This document shows positions 49,258-56,845 of a DNA stretch of 64,000 bases, piece by piece. Made by a program: the position numbers and the translations under genes. The stretch lies in assembly GCA_025054575.1 (NCBI GenBank), contig JANWZN010000001.1, positions 1,415-65,414 of the forward strand. Reading direction: 5' to 3'. Positions within the stretch are counted from its first letter, which is position 1. Every line of letters starts with the position of its first letter. The notes beneath the pieces were generated by a model, which saw only the letters and a list, made by a program, of their open reading frames with translations, was not told the DNA's origin and ran no database searches. Origin of the DNA: Geminicoccaceae bacterium. Lineage in GTDB: Bacteria > Pseudomonadota > Alphaproteobacteria > Geminicoccales > Geminicoccaceae.

Positions 49258-50556
49258 TCAATCCTCTCGTTGGGAAGCGCGCAGCGCGCGGTCGAGATCG
49301 GCCAGGATGTCGTCCGGATCCTCGAGGCCGACCGACAGCCGGATCGTGTCGTCGCGCAAGCCCACGGCCGCGAGCTGCTCCTCGCCGAGCTGGAGGTGGG
49401 TGGTCGATGCGGGATGGATGACGAGCGTCTTCGCATCGCCGACGTTGGCGAGGTGCGAAGCGAGCCGGCAGGCCTCGATGAAGCGCGCCCCCGCCCGCCG
49501 GCCGCCCTTGACGCCGAAGCTCACGATCGAGCCGGCACCGCGCGGCAGGAGACGGGCCGCGAGCTCTCGATCCGGATGGTCGGGCAAGCTCGGGTGGACG
49601 ACCCAGCTCACCGCTTCGTGGCGCGTCAAGAAGGCGAGCACCCTCTCGGTGTTGGCGACGTGCCGTGCCATCCGCAGCGGCAGCGTCTCGATGCCCTGGA
49701 GGATCAAGAATGCGTTCTGCGGGCTCAGGCAGGCCCCGAAGTCGCGCAGACCTTCGGTGCGGGCGCGTGCGGCGAAGGCCGCGGGGCCGAAGGTTTCCGC
49801 GTAGGTGACCCCGAGATAGCCCTCGTAGGGCTCGCTGAGCGTGGGGAACTTCCCGCTCTCCGACCAGTCGAAGCGACCGGCGTCCACCAGGAGCCCGCCG
49901 ATCGCGACGCCGTGGCCCCCGAGCCATTTGGTCGCCGAATGGATCACGATGTCGGCACCGTGCTCGATCGGTCGACAGAGCCAGGGGGTGGCGAAGGTGT
50001 TGTCGATGGCGAGCGGCAGGCCGTGGGCGTGCGCGAGCTCGGCGAGGCGCGGAACGTCGAGGATCTCGAGACCGGGATTGCCGATCGTCTCCCCGAACAG
50101 GAGCCGGGTGTTCGGGCGGATCGCACGAGCGAAGGCGCCAAGGTCGCGCGGGTCGACGAAGGTGGTCTCGATGCCGAAGCGCGGCAGCGTGAGCCGCAGC
50201 AGATTGATGCTGCCACCGTAGAGGTTGCGGGCCGCCACGATGTGACTTCCCGCACCCATCAGCGTCACGATCGCCAGATGAAGGGCGGCCTGGCCGCTCG
50301 CGGTGGCGACGGCCGCGACACCGCCCTCCAGAGCGGCGATCCGCTCCTCGAGAACCGCGACGGTGGGGTTCGAGATCCGGGTGTAGATGTGGCCGGCCCG
50401 CTCGAGGTTGAACAGGCCGGCCGCGTGGTCGGTGTCGCGGAAGACGTAGGATGTCGTCTGGTAGATCGGCACGGCGCGGGCGCCGGTCGTCGGATCCGGC
50501 ACCTGCCCGGCATGGAGCGCCAGCGTGTCGAACTTCGGGATCTTGGGCTCGGCCAT
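49258..50556 (-). CDS. metY: O-acetylhomoserine aminocarboxypropyltransferase (sulfhydrylase)
   Basis: 432 aa. FDTLALHAGQ, PIYQTTSY, and the PLP-lysine region HSATKWLGGHG. Confidence 0.9.
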   Translation of the reverse strand: MAEPKIPKFDTLALHAGQVPDPTTGARAVPIYQTTSYVFRDTDHAAGLFNLERAGHIYTRISNPTVAVLEERIAALEGGVAAVATASGQAALHLAIVTLMGAGSHIVAARNLYGGSINLLRLTLPRFGIETTFVDPRDLGAFARAIRPNTRLLFGETIGNPGLEILDVPRLAELAHAHGLPLAIDNTFATPWLCRPIEHGADIVIHSATKWLGGHGVAIGGLLVDAGRFDWSESGKFPTLSEPYEGYLGVTYAETFGPAAFAARARTEGLRDFGACLSPQNAFLILQGIETLPLRMARHVANTERVLAFLTRHEAVSWVVHPSLPDHPDRELAARLLPRGAGSIVSFGVKGGRRAGARFIEACRLASHLANVGDAKTLVIHPASTTHLQLGEEQLAAVGLRDDTIRLSVGLEDPDDILADLDRALRASQRED

Positions 50557-50626
50557 CGGCTCGCTCCGCGCGCTCGCGCGAGCCTAGCCGGTCGGCAACG
50601 GAGAGAACAGGGCCGCAGGTCGGGTC

Positions 50627-50827
50627 TCAGCGGGTTTCGGTGCGCTCCTCCTCGGCCGGTGCCAGCAGCATGGCGCGCAGTTGCGCCAGGATCGCCTCGC
50701 GGCCGGCCCGGTCGAGGCGCAAGAGATCCGTCGCCGTCTGGATCACCGACAAAGCGGACCGAACGAGGCCCAGCAGCAGCGAATCGCGCAAGACTGCCCA
50801 AGCACGGTCGAAGCCCAATCGCATCAT
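50627..50827 (-). CDS. hypothetical helical protein (66 aa), possible tailspike accessory/chaperone
   Basis: Starts 4 nt after the tailspike stop, with a purine-rich AAGGGTGAG upstream. No recognisable domain. Confidence 0.4.
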   Translation of the reverse strand: MMRLGFDRAWAVLRDSLLLGLVRSALSVIQTATDLLRLDRAGREAILAQLRAMLLAPAEEERTETR

Positions 50828-50831
50828 GTTC

Positions 50832-53195
50832 TCACCCTTCGAGGTAGATCGAGTTGGTCTGGTTCGGATCGGAGGTCACCAGGTAGGCGGTGACGACGCG
50901 TCCGGACTCGGTGATCTCGAAGCAGGGGTAGCCGTTCGGGCTCGTGACGTTGCTGCGGCGCAGCGTGAGCTGGGGCGAGCTGTTGGCGCGCGCCATGATC
51001 CGGATCGGGTTGTTGACGGTCACGATTCGGAAGGTCGCGGCCGAGAGGCCCGACGGCATGCTCGCCGCTTCGAAGGCGACGTAACTCACCGGGTCGGAGG
51101 AACTGATCCGCAACAGCTGCCCGGCGCGGCTGGCGGGGACGACATAGGGGGTCGTGTCGGTGTTGCTGCCCTGGTTGGCATTCGTCCAGCCGGTGGCGAA
51201 CTCGTGCTGCAGCTCGCCGTCGGGCAGCGTCGTGCCGTAGACTTCGATCTTGCCGTTGGCCGGGTTGTGGCGGAGCAGGATCGTGACGAGCTGGTTCTGG
51301 CGCCGAACGGTGAGCGTGGCGCCGCCGGCCGGGTTCTTGATCTCGACGTTGGCGTCGCCGGCTTGAACGGTGACACTGCCGGTTCCTTGGCGCACGAGCC
51401 AGAACATCGCGGCGGGGTCGCCGGCTTCGAGGAGGGGGGCCGTCGTGCCGCCGAGGGTGTAGGTCGACGAGATCGTGACGGTGATGGCCCCGGCGTTGTT
51501 GACCCGGTGGACACGGCCGAAGTCGGCGGGCGAGAGGTTGAAGCTCGTATTGCGCTCGCGCTCGGGCAGGCGGCCCGGGAGGCTCACGCCCGGACCCCAG
51601 CCGTTGGCGAGCCGGGTGTACCAGCCGGGCCCGGCCCAGGGCGTGCCGGCGGGCAGCGCGGCGGGGCTCTCGCAATAGATGACGAAGCCGTTGCGGGGCG
51701 CGGGCGGCTCGCTCGCCCGCGGCGGCAAGTAGAGCGGGTCGGCGAGCTCGATGCGATGGAGCGGGCCGGCCGCGTGGCCCTCGCCGTTGCCGAGCGCGAT
51801 CCGGCTCTCCTGGCCGTCGGCGTAGCCGCGCGGGCGATAGATCCGGGCGACGTTGAACGAGGTGACGTCGATACCGAGCGCCTGACGTGGCGACGCGTTC
51901 TTGATGTTGCCGTCGCGGACCGGGCTCGTGCCGTCGTGGAAGTCGCCCGTGACCAGCAGCTGACCGACATTGGGGGCGCGCATCTGGAGTGCTGGCGCGC
52001 CCTGGTTCGGCTCGTCGAGCCAGAGGGCGGAGGGCAGGAAGAGGTCGCCCTCGCCGGCGCGGGCGGCGGCGTCGTTGCTGGCGATACCGACCGGGTTGAG
52101 CTGGCCGAAACCGTTGCAGTTGGCGAACAGGCACCGCATCACCGAGCCGGGCAGCGCGGCGTTGCTGTCGACCCAGGGCGTGGTGCAGTTCAGGACGTAA
52201 CAATTGATGAAACTCACATGGCGAACACTGCCGGAGTTTCCACCACCGGCGGCGCCCTCGACCCGGAAGGCGGTCTCCACGAATTCGATGTCGCAATTGA
52301 CGAGGGCGGTGCGCATGACGCGTTTGAGCCAGATCCCGGTGGATCCGGACGGGATACCGGCACTGTTGACCTGGACCCGGCTCAAAAGAATATTGTTCAT
52401 CACGTAGAGCTTGCCGGCGACTGCCGGGCCGAGATGCTCGATCAGGATACCGGTGGTCCCCGCCCCTTTGAGCTTGATCGCGATTTCCTCGATCAGACCG
52501 TCACCGTAATTGACGGCGGCCCCGGCGGCCGTGGCGTAGAGGCGGATCCCGCTCGCCAACAGATCGTGCTCGCCGCCGCCCGGCCCGGCCGAGATTTCGC
52601 GCAGGCAGAATTCGTTGGCGTCCTCGAGCTCGATACACCAGCCGCTGGGGCTGCCACCGGAAAAGCGAAGGCGCTGGGCGATGAATTCGTGACCGTGGGC
52701 CCAGAGGCCGCTTTGCGTCATTTTGATCGTGAGTTCTTCGATCGAGCTCCGGGCCCAATCGGTCGTGCCGCCGGGATCGACGGCGAACGAACCTTCGTTG
52801 CGGCGAAACTCGAAGGCTCGGGGCGCGACGGCATCGATCACCGCGACATCGCGGCCGGCACCGACGATGCGGCGCCGGGGGCGGACCTGGACCGTGCTCG
52901 CGAGGCGGTAGCGGCCGGCCGGGACGTGGACCTCGAAAGCGGCATCGAGGGCCGCCTGGAAGGCCGGCGCGTCGTCGGCGATTCCGTCACCGATCGCGCC
53001 GAAGTCGCGCACCGACACCCGCTCGGCGAGCTTGTCTCGCAACGGCCGGCGCGGCGTGCCGCTGGCGAGTCGCCACGGTAGCGCCTCGATGGCCGCCCGC
53101 CGGGTGAGGTTCCCGGCATGCGTCGACAGAACGAGCTGGTCGGCCGGCTCGACGCTCGCCGCGAGCGGCAGCTCGTGAATCCGCTTGGTGTTCAT
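50832..53195 (-). CDS. tailspike / tail fibre with a pectate-lyase-like right-handed beta-helix
   Basis: 787 aa. The N-terminus IHELPLAASVEPADQLVLS resembles phage fibre particle-binding heads. VRDFGAIGDGIADDAPAFQAAL is the Pectate_lyase_3 signature. Repetitive beta-helix coils follow, then two beta-rich C-terminal modules. Confidence 0.8.
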   Translation of the reverse strand: MNTKRIHELPLAASVEPADQLVLSTHAGNLTRRAAIEALPWRLASGTPRRPLRDKLAERVSVRDFGAIGDGIADDAPAFQAALDAAFEVHVPAGRYRLASTVQVRPRRRIVGAGRDVAVIDAVAPRAFEFRRNEGSFAVDPGGTTDWARSSIEELTIKMTQSGLWAHGHEFIAQRLRFSGGSPSGWCIELEDANEFCLREISAGPGGGEHDLLASGIRLYATAAGAAVNYGDGLIEEIAIKLKGAGTTGILIEHLGPAVAGKLYVMNNILLSRVQVNSAGIPSGSTGIWLKRVMRTALVNCDIEFVETAFRVEGAAGGGNSGSVRHVSFINCYVLNCTTPWVDSNAALPGSVMRCLFANCNGFGQLNPVGIASNDAAARAGEGDLFLPSALWLDEPNQGAPALQMRAPNVGQLLVTGDFHDGTSPVRDGNIKNASPRQALGIDVTSFNVARIYRPRGYADGQESRIALGNGEGHAAGPLHRIELADPLYLPPRASEPPAPRNGFVIYCESPAALPAGTPWAGPGWYTRLANGWGPGVSLPGRLPERERNTSFNLSPADFGRVHRVNNAGAITVTISSTYTLGGTTAPLLEAGDPAAMFWLVRQGTGSVTVQAGDANVEIKNPAGGATLTVRRQNQLVTILLRHNPANGKIEVYGTTLPDGELQHEFATGWTNANQGSNTDTTPYVVPASRAGQLLRISSSDPVSYVAFEAASMPSGLSAATFRIVTVNNPIRIMARANSSPQLTLRRSNVTSPNGYPCFEITESGRVVTAYLVTSDPNQTNSIYLEG

Positions 53196-53362
53196 GATTC
53201 GGGCTCCACGGCCAGCCGCTCGCCATGCTCGGTGACGAGAGGCTCGCCGGCTTCGGTGGCGAGGACGGGCGGGAGCGGAGGTGGCGACGCCACCTCGGCG
53301 GCTGTGCGCTCGCGACTCGTGATGCGCAGCCCCGCCGCCGTCAGCGCGAGGCCGAGGGGCAT
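53192..53362 (-). CDS. hypothetical small protein (56 aa; below the track cutoff)
   Basis: Hand translation: MPLGLALTAAGLRITSRERTAAEVASPPPLPPVLATEAGEPLVTEHGERLAVEPES. The ATG lies 1 nt after the upstream stop and its stop overlaps the tailspike ATG (ATGA). Confidence 0.4.
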   Translation of the reverse strand: MPLGLALTAAGLRITSRERTAAEVASPPPLPPVLATEAGEPLVTEHGERLAVEPES

Positions 53363-53363
53363 C

Positions 53364-53690
53364 TCAGATCCGGCCGATCACGTACGCAGCGCAAGGCGCG
53401 TCCTCGGCGACGAACGCCACGTAGCGCTCGCCTCGCCGGAGCGGGATGTCGAGATAGTGGCCCGGGGCCAGAAACGGGCTCGTCGTCGGGTCCGCGGTGA
53501 CCGTGGCGTCGCCGAGCTCGAAGCGGCAGGGGCCGGTAGCGTAGAGGGTCACGATCTCGATGTCGCTCGGGATCGGGATCGGGTTGCGGACGGACAGCGG
53601 GCCGACCGCGAGCTTCTGGGTGCCGCGGTAGTCGAATCCCAGGATCCCGATCGGGTTGCCGTTATCGTCGAGGGGGAGGAGGAGGCTCAT
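53364..53690 (-). CDS. hypothetical phage-associated protein (108 aa)
   Basis: ATG 53690 has GGAGA 6 nt upstream and sits downstream of promoter P3. Protein-like composition (MSLLLPLDDNGNPIGILGFDYRG...). Confidence 0.55.
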   Translation of the reverse strand: MSLLLPLDDNGNPIGILGFDYRGTQKLAVGPLSVRNPIPIPSDIEIVTLYATGPCRFELGDATVTADPTTSPFLAPGHYLDIPLRRGERYVAFVAEDAPCAAYVIGRI

Positions 53691-53718
53691 GGCGCGTCTC
53701 CGAACAACGACCCGAGCC

Positions 53719-53747
53719 TCTTTAGCAGGTGATAGGACGATCGTCAA
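53719..53747 (-). promoter_or_regulatory. promoter P3 (tailspike operon) with an embedded operator-like 9-mer
   Basis: Minus strand reads TTGACG-ATCG-TCCTATCAC-CTGC-TAAAGA (17-nt spacer). The layout and the 9-mer are the same as in P2. Confidence 0.5.
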
Positions 53748-53813
53748 GCTAACTAGGAATGATGCCTCGGACTCGGGCCGGCTCGCGAAGCCGCCCGACC
53801 CGGAACGCGGCTC

Positions 53814-54455
53814 CTACTGACTGACCCAGAGGATCCGAGCGAGCCAGGAAAGCCGATCGGCCTCGACGACTTCCTCCTTCTGGTTGGCGCTCACATCGTT
53901 CAGCACCACACGCTGCGCCGTTCGGCGGACGACGACGCCGAACAAGACGTGACCGTCGCGCAGGCGCGCGATCACCCGATCGCCGCGGCGAATGCTGCTG
54001 CCCGGTGAGACGACGAGCACGTCTCCGGTCCGGTAGAACGGCGCCGCGATGTCGCGATCGAGCTCGATGGCGTAGGCCTGCTCGTCCTCGATCGCGGGAT
54101 ACTCGATCTCTTCCCAGCCGGTCGGTTGCGGAAATCCGGAGGCGTCGAGGCAGCTCCCCTGCTCGACCTCGGCGAGCCCCGTGCACCGCAACCGGAAACC
54201 GCGGCCGGCCGGGCTACCGGGGGTCGCACCGTGCATCAGCTCGACGAACTCGTGCATCGGGGTGCCGGTCGCCTCCAGCACCTTGGAGATGCTCTCGGTG
54301 CTCGGCCAGCGGGGTTTGCCCTGCTTGGTGATGCGTTTGCTCTTGTTGAAGGTCGTCGGGTCGAGGCCGGCCTTCTTGGCGAGGCCGGAGGCCGACAGCT
54401 TGTGCCGCGCCGCGAGCCGGTCGATGCCGTCCCAGACCTGCTTGTGTGACAACAT
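53814..54455 (-). CDS. CI/LexA-like regulator: N-terminal HTH plus an S24-like C-terminal domain
   Basis: 213 aa. HTH region IDRLAARHKLSASGLAKKAGLDPTTFNKSK. The C-terminal domain aligns by eye to the S24 fold (YAIELDRDIAAPFYRTGDVLVVSP...GDRVIARL...VVRRT..VVLN). Confidence 0.75.
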   Translation of the reverse strand: MLSHKQVWDGIDRLAARHKLSASGLAKKAGLDPTTFNKSKRITKQGKPRWPSTESISKVLEATGTPMHEFVELMHGATPGSPAGRGFRLRCTGLAEVEQGSCLDASGFPQPTGWEEIEYPAIEDEQAYAIELDRDIAAPFYRTGDVLVVSPGSSIRRGDRVIARLRDGHVLFGVVVRRTAQRVVLNDVSANQKEEVVEADRLSWLARILWVSQ

Positions 54456-54508
54456 TAGGATGACACTCCCGGGTTTCGCCGTTCAACACCGCTTCCCTCC
54501 CTAGTTTG

Positions 54509-54537
54509 TTGACAGAGATCCGTCCTGTCAGTAGGTA
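54509..54537 (+). promoter_or_regulatory. promoter P1 (rightward) with an inverted-repeat operator
   Basis: TTGACA-GAGA-TCCGTCCTG-TCAG-TAGGTA. A perfect inverted repeat TGACAG-N9-CTGTCA (54510-54530) overlaps the -35. The -10 is weak. Confidence 0.4.
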
Positions 54538-54566
54538 TAAAAGCCGATCCAAGCCCGAGGGGATCC

Positions 54567-54974
54567 ATGTCGATCCTGCCATCCGTCGATCCGAGCCCGC
54601 CCGACGCGGCCATCGTGGTGTTCGAGGACCGTCCGGCGAGCCGCGCCCTCGCGCACCTTCGGCGCGGCTTCCGGCACTGCTTCTGCTTGCTCCGCCGCCC
54701 GGTCGGCTGGATCGTCTGCGATCCGCTGAAATCGAAGCTGCGAATCGAGGTCGTGGCGCCGTACGCGGCCGCCGAGCTCGGCGGGCATTATCGCTCGATC
54801 GGGATGATCGCGGTCCTAGGAGCCGTCGCCGAGCCCGCCTCCCATCGCCCGACCCTTCGCCCGCTCACCTGTGTCGAGGTCGTCAAGCGGATCGTCGGCG
54901 TCCGCTCCTGTGCGATCTGGACGCCCTATCAGCTTTATCGCGCGTTGCTGGCCCGCGGCTTCACACCGCTTTGA
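54567..54974 (+). CDS. hypothetical His/Cys-rich protein (135 aa), first gene of the rightward operon
   Basis: ATG 54567 has GAGGGG 4 nt upstream. No recognised family. Confidence 0.55.
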   Translation: MSILPSVDPSPPDAAIVVFEDRPASRALAHLRRGFRHCFCLLRRPVGWIVCDPLKSKLRIEVVAPYAAAELGGHYRSIGMIAVLGAVAEPASHRPTLRPLTCVEVVKRIVGVRSCAIWTPYQLYRALLARGFTPL

Positions 54975-54987
54975 GCCGGTTGGTGTG

Positions 54988-55016
54988 TTGACAAAAATCC
55001 TATCACGGTCCATATT
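54988..55016 (+). promoter_or_regulatory. promoter P2 (portal-to-terminase operon) with an embedded operator-like 9-mer
   Basis: TTGACA-AAAA-TCCTATCAC-GGTC-CATATT (17-nt spacer), 31 nt upstream of the portal ATG, which is preceded by GAGGA. Confidence 0.5.
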
Positions 55017-55046
55017 CCTTGAAGCCGACCATTCCGAGGACGACAC

Positions 55047-56552
55047 ATGGCTGCCGACGGCCTCGAGCTGCTCGTCGATCGTATCCGCCGCGCCCGGGCC
55101 CGCCGCGCCCCCTGGGAGCCACTGTGGCGGGAGTGCCATGCCTATGCACTGCCGCAGCGTGGCGGTGGCCTGGGCAGCGAGTTCGCGCCAGCTGCCCGCT
55201 ACGCCGACCGATTGTTCGACGGAACCGCGATCGACGCGGTCGAGCAGCTCGCCGCGAGCTTGATGGCCGAGCTGGTACCGCCCTGGTCGGAGTGGTTCGG
55301 CTTGCGGCCGGGGCCCGACGTTCCGCCCGGCGAGGCGGGGATCGTGGCCGAGCTCCTGGAGACGGCGGCGCGTCGTCTGCAAGGGCATTTCGACCGTTCG
55401 AATTTCGCGGTCGAAATCCACCAGTGCTTTCTCGATCTCGTGACCTGCGGCACGGCCCATCTCCTCTTCGAAGAGGCTCCGGCCGGCAGCATCTCGGCGT
55501 TCCGCTTCACCGCCGTTCCCGGTGCCGAGATGTTCGTCGACGGCGACCAGGCCGGCGATGTCACGAGCTTTTATCGGGTCACGGCTCACACGCTCGCGAG
55601 CCTCTTCGCGCGCACGAGCGCGGAAGCCTTGCCGGATCCGGTGCGCGAAGCCGGCAGGCAGGATCCGGATGCCCGCGTCGAGGTGATCGAGGCGGTCGAG
55701 CCTCGAGGCCCGCGCGGCTATCGCTTCACGCGGCTCCTGGCCCCCGGGGCGCCGGGCGCACCCGATGGCTGGATCCTCGCCGAGGGGTCTTTCGACACCT
55801 CTCCGTTCTTGTGCTTCCGCTGGAGCAAGGGCGCCGGCGAGATCTACGGCCGCTCCCCGGTGATGGCCGCGTTGCCGGACATCAAGACCGCCAACAAGGT
55901 GGTCGAGCTCATTCTCAAGAACGCCTCGATCGCCGTCACCGGCATCTGGCTGGCCGACGACGACGGCGTCCTCAATCCGGCCAACATCCGGCTGCAGCCC
56001 GGGGCGATCATTCCCAAAGCCGTGGGCTCGGCGGGTCTCACGCCCCTCCAGGCCCCCGGCCGGTTCGACGTGTCGCAGCTCGTGCTCGACGACCTGCGCG
56101 CGCGGATCCGCCACACGCTCCTGGTCGACCGACTGGGCCCGATCCGCGCCTCGAGGATGACGGCCACCGAGGTCCTGGAGCGGGCGGGCGAGACCTCGCG
56201 GCTTTTGGGCGCGGTCTACGGCCGGTTGCAGGCCGAGCTGCTCGTTCCCCTGGTCCGCCGTGGCCTCGCGATCTTGGCCCGTCGCGGCGAGATCCCGAAC
56301 CTGCCGCTCGACGGCCGCGCCGTCGAGATCGACTACCGTTCGCCGCTCGCCCGCGCCCAGGCCCGGGCCGACGTTCAGAACACCCTGTTGTGGCTCGACG
56401 CGGTCGCCCGCCTGGGCCCGGAGGCCCAGCCGGTCGTCGACGCTCGGGCCGCGGCGATCTGGCTCGCGCGCGCGCTCGGTGTCGCGGGCGAGCTGGTTCG
56501 CGAGGACCCGGCCTCGGCCGTAGCCGTCGCCACCGGGGAGATCGCCCCGTGA
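55047..56552 (+). CDS. phage portal (podovirus head-to-tail connector type)
   Basis: 501 aa. N-terminal pattern RRAPWEPLWRECHAYALP...RLFDGTAIDAVEQLAASLMAELVPPWSEWF and the central IYGRSP...ALPDIKTANK segment resemble the T7-gp8-type connector family. Its position ahead of the scaffold and capsid genes fits. Confidence 0.8.
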   Translation: MAADGLELLVDRIRRARARRAPWEPLWRECHAYALPQRGGGLGSEFAPAARYADRLFDGTAIDAVEQLAASLMAELVPPWSEWFGLRPGPDVPPGEAGIVAELLETAARRLQGHFDRSNFAVEIHQCFLDLVTCGTAHLLFEEAPAGSISAFRFTAVPGAEMFVDGDQAGDVTSFYRVTAHTLASLFARTSAEALPDPVREAGRQDPDARVEVIEAVEPRGPRGYRFTRLLAPGAPGAPDGWILAEGSFDTSPFLCFRWSKGAGEIYGRSPVMAALPDIKTANKVVELILKNASIAVTGIWLADDDGVLNPANIRLQPGAIIPKAVGSAGLTPLQAPGRFDVSQLVLDDLRARIRHTLLVDRLGPIRASRMTATEVLERAGETSRLLGAVYGRLQAELLVPLVRRGLAILARRGEIPNLPLDGRAVEIDYRSPLARAQARADVQNTLLWLDAVARLGPEAQPVVDARAAAIWLARALGVAGELVREDPASAVAVATGEIAP

Positions 56553-56845
56553 GAAAGACCGCCGAGCCCGATCCCTGGGCCGAGATCGACGGCGTCGCGG
56601 GCCCCGCCGATGGCGCGGACGAGCTCGCCCTCGCCTTCGCCCGCTGTTTCGCGAGCGGCGACGGCCTCGTGGTCGTGGAGCATCTGCAGCGGACCTTCTT
56701 GCTCCGCCGGGTGCCGCCCACCGCCAGCGACTCCGAGCTGCGCCACGTCGAGGGCCAGCGCTCGGTCGTCGCCCACATCCTGTCCTTGATCGATCGCGGC
56801 CGGACCGCCCGCCGGTCCGCCGACCAGCAGAGGATCGTCCCGTGA
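56549..56845 (+). CDS. hypothetical phage protein (98 aa)
   Basis: GTG 56549 overlaps the portal stop (GTGA) and its stop overlaps the next start (GTGA). Protein-like composition (LALAFARCFASGDGLVVVEHLQRTF...LRHVEGQRSVVAHILSLI). Confidence 0.55.
   Translation: MRKTAEPDPWAEIDGVAGPADGADELALAFARCFASGDGLVVVEHLQRTFLLRRVPPTASDSELRHVEGQRSVVAHILSLIDRGRTARRSADQQRIVP

Noticed and set aside
50557-50640. att-like direct repeats at the two edges of the phage-derived locus (compared with 63817-63888)
   Set aside because: Only trivial matches (e.g. CCTAG) are shared by eye. This cannot be excluded without a computed repeat search, but nothing convincing was seen.
54456-54508. A lambda PRM-like leaderless promoter for the regulator gene
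   Set aside because: TTGAAC (minus strand, 54481-54486) is present, but no acceptable -10 sits at the right distance from the ATG at 54455. A GGGAG about 10 nt upstream suggests a conventional leadered mRNA. The promoter is left unassigned.
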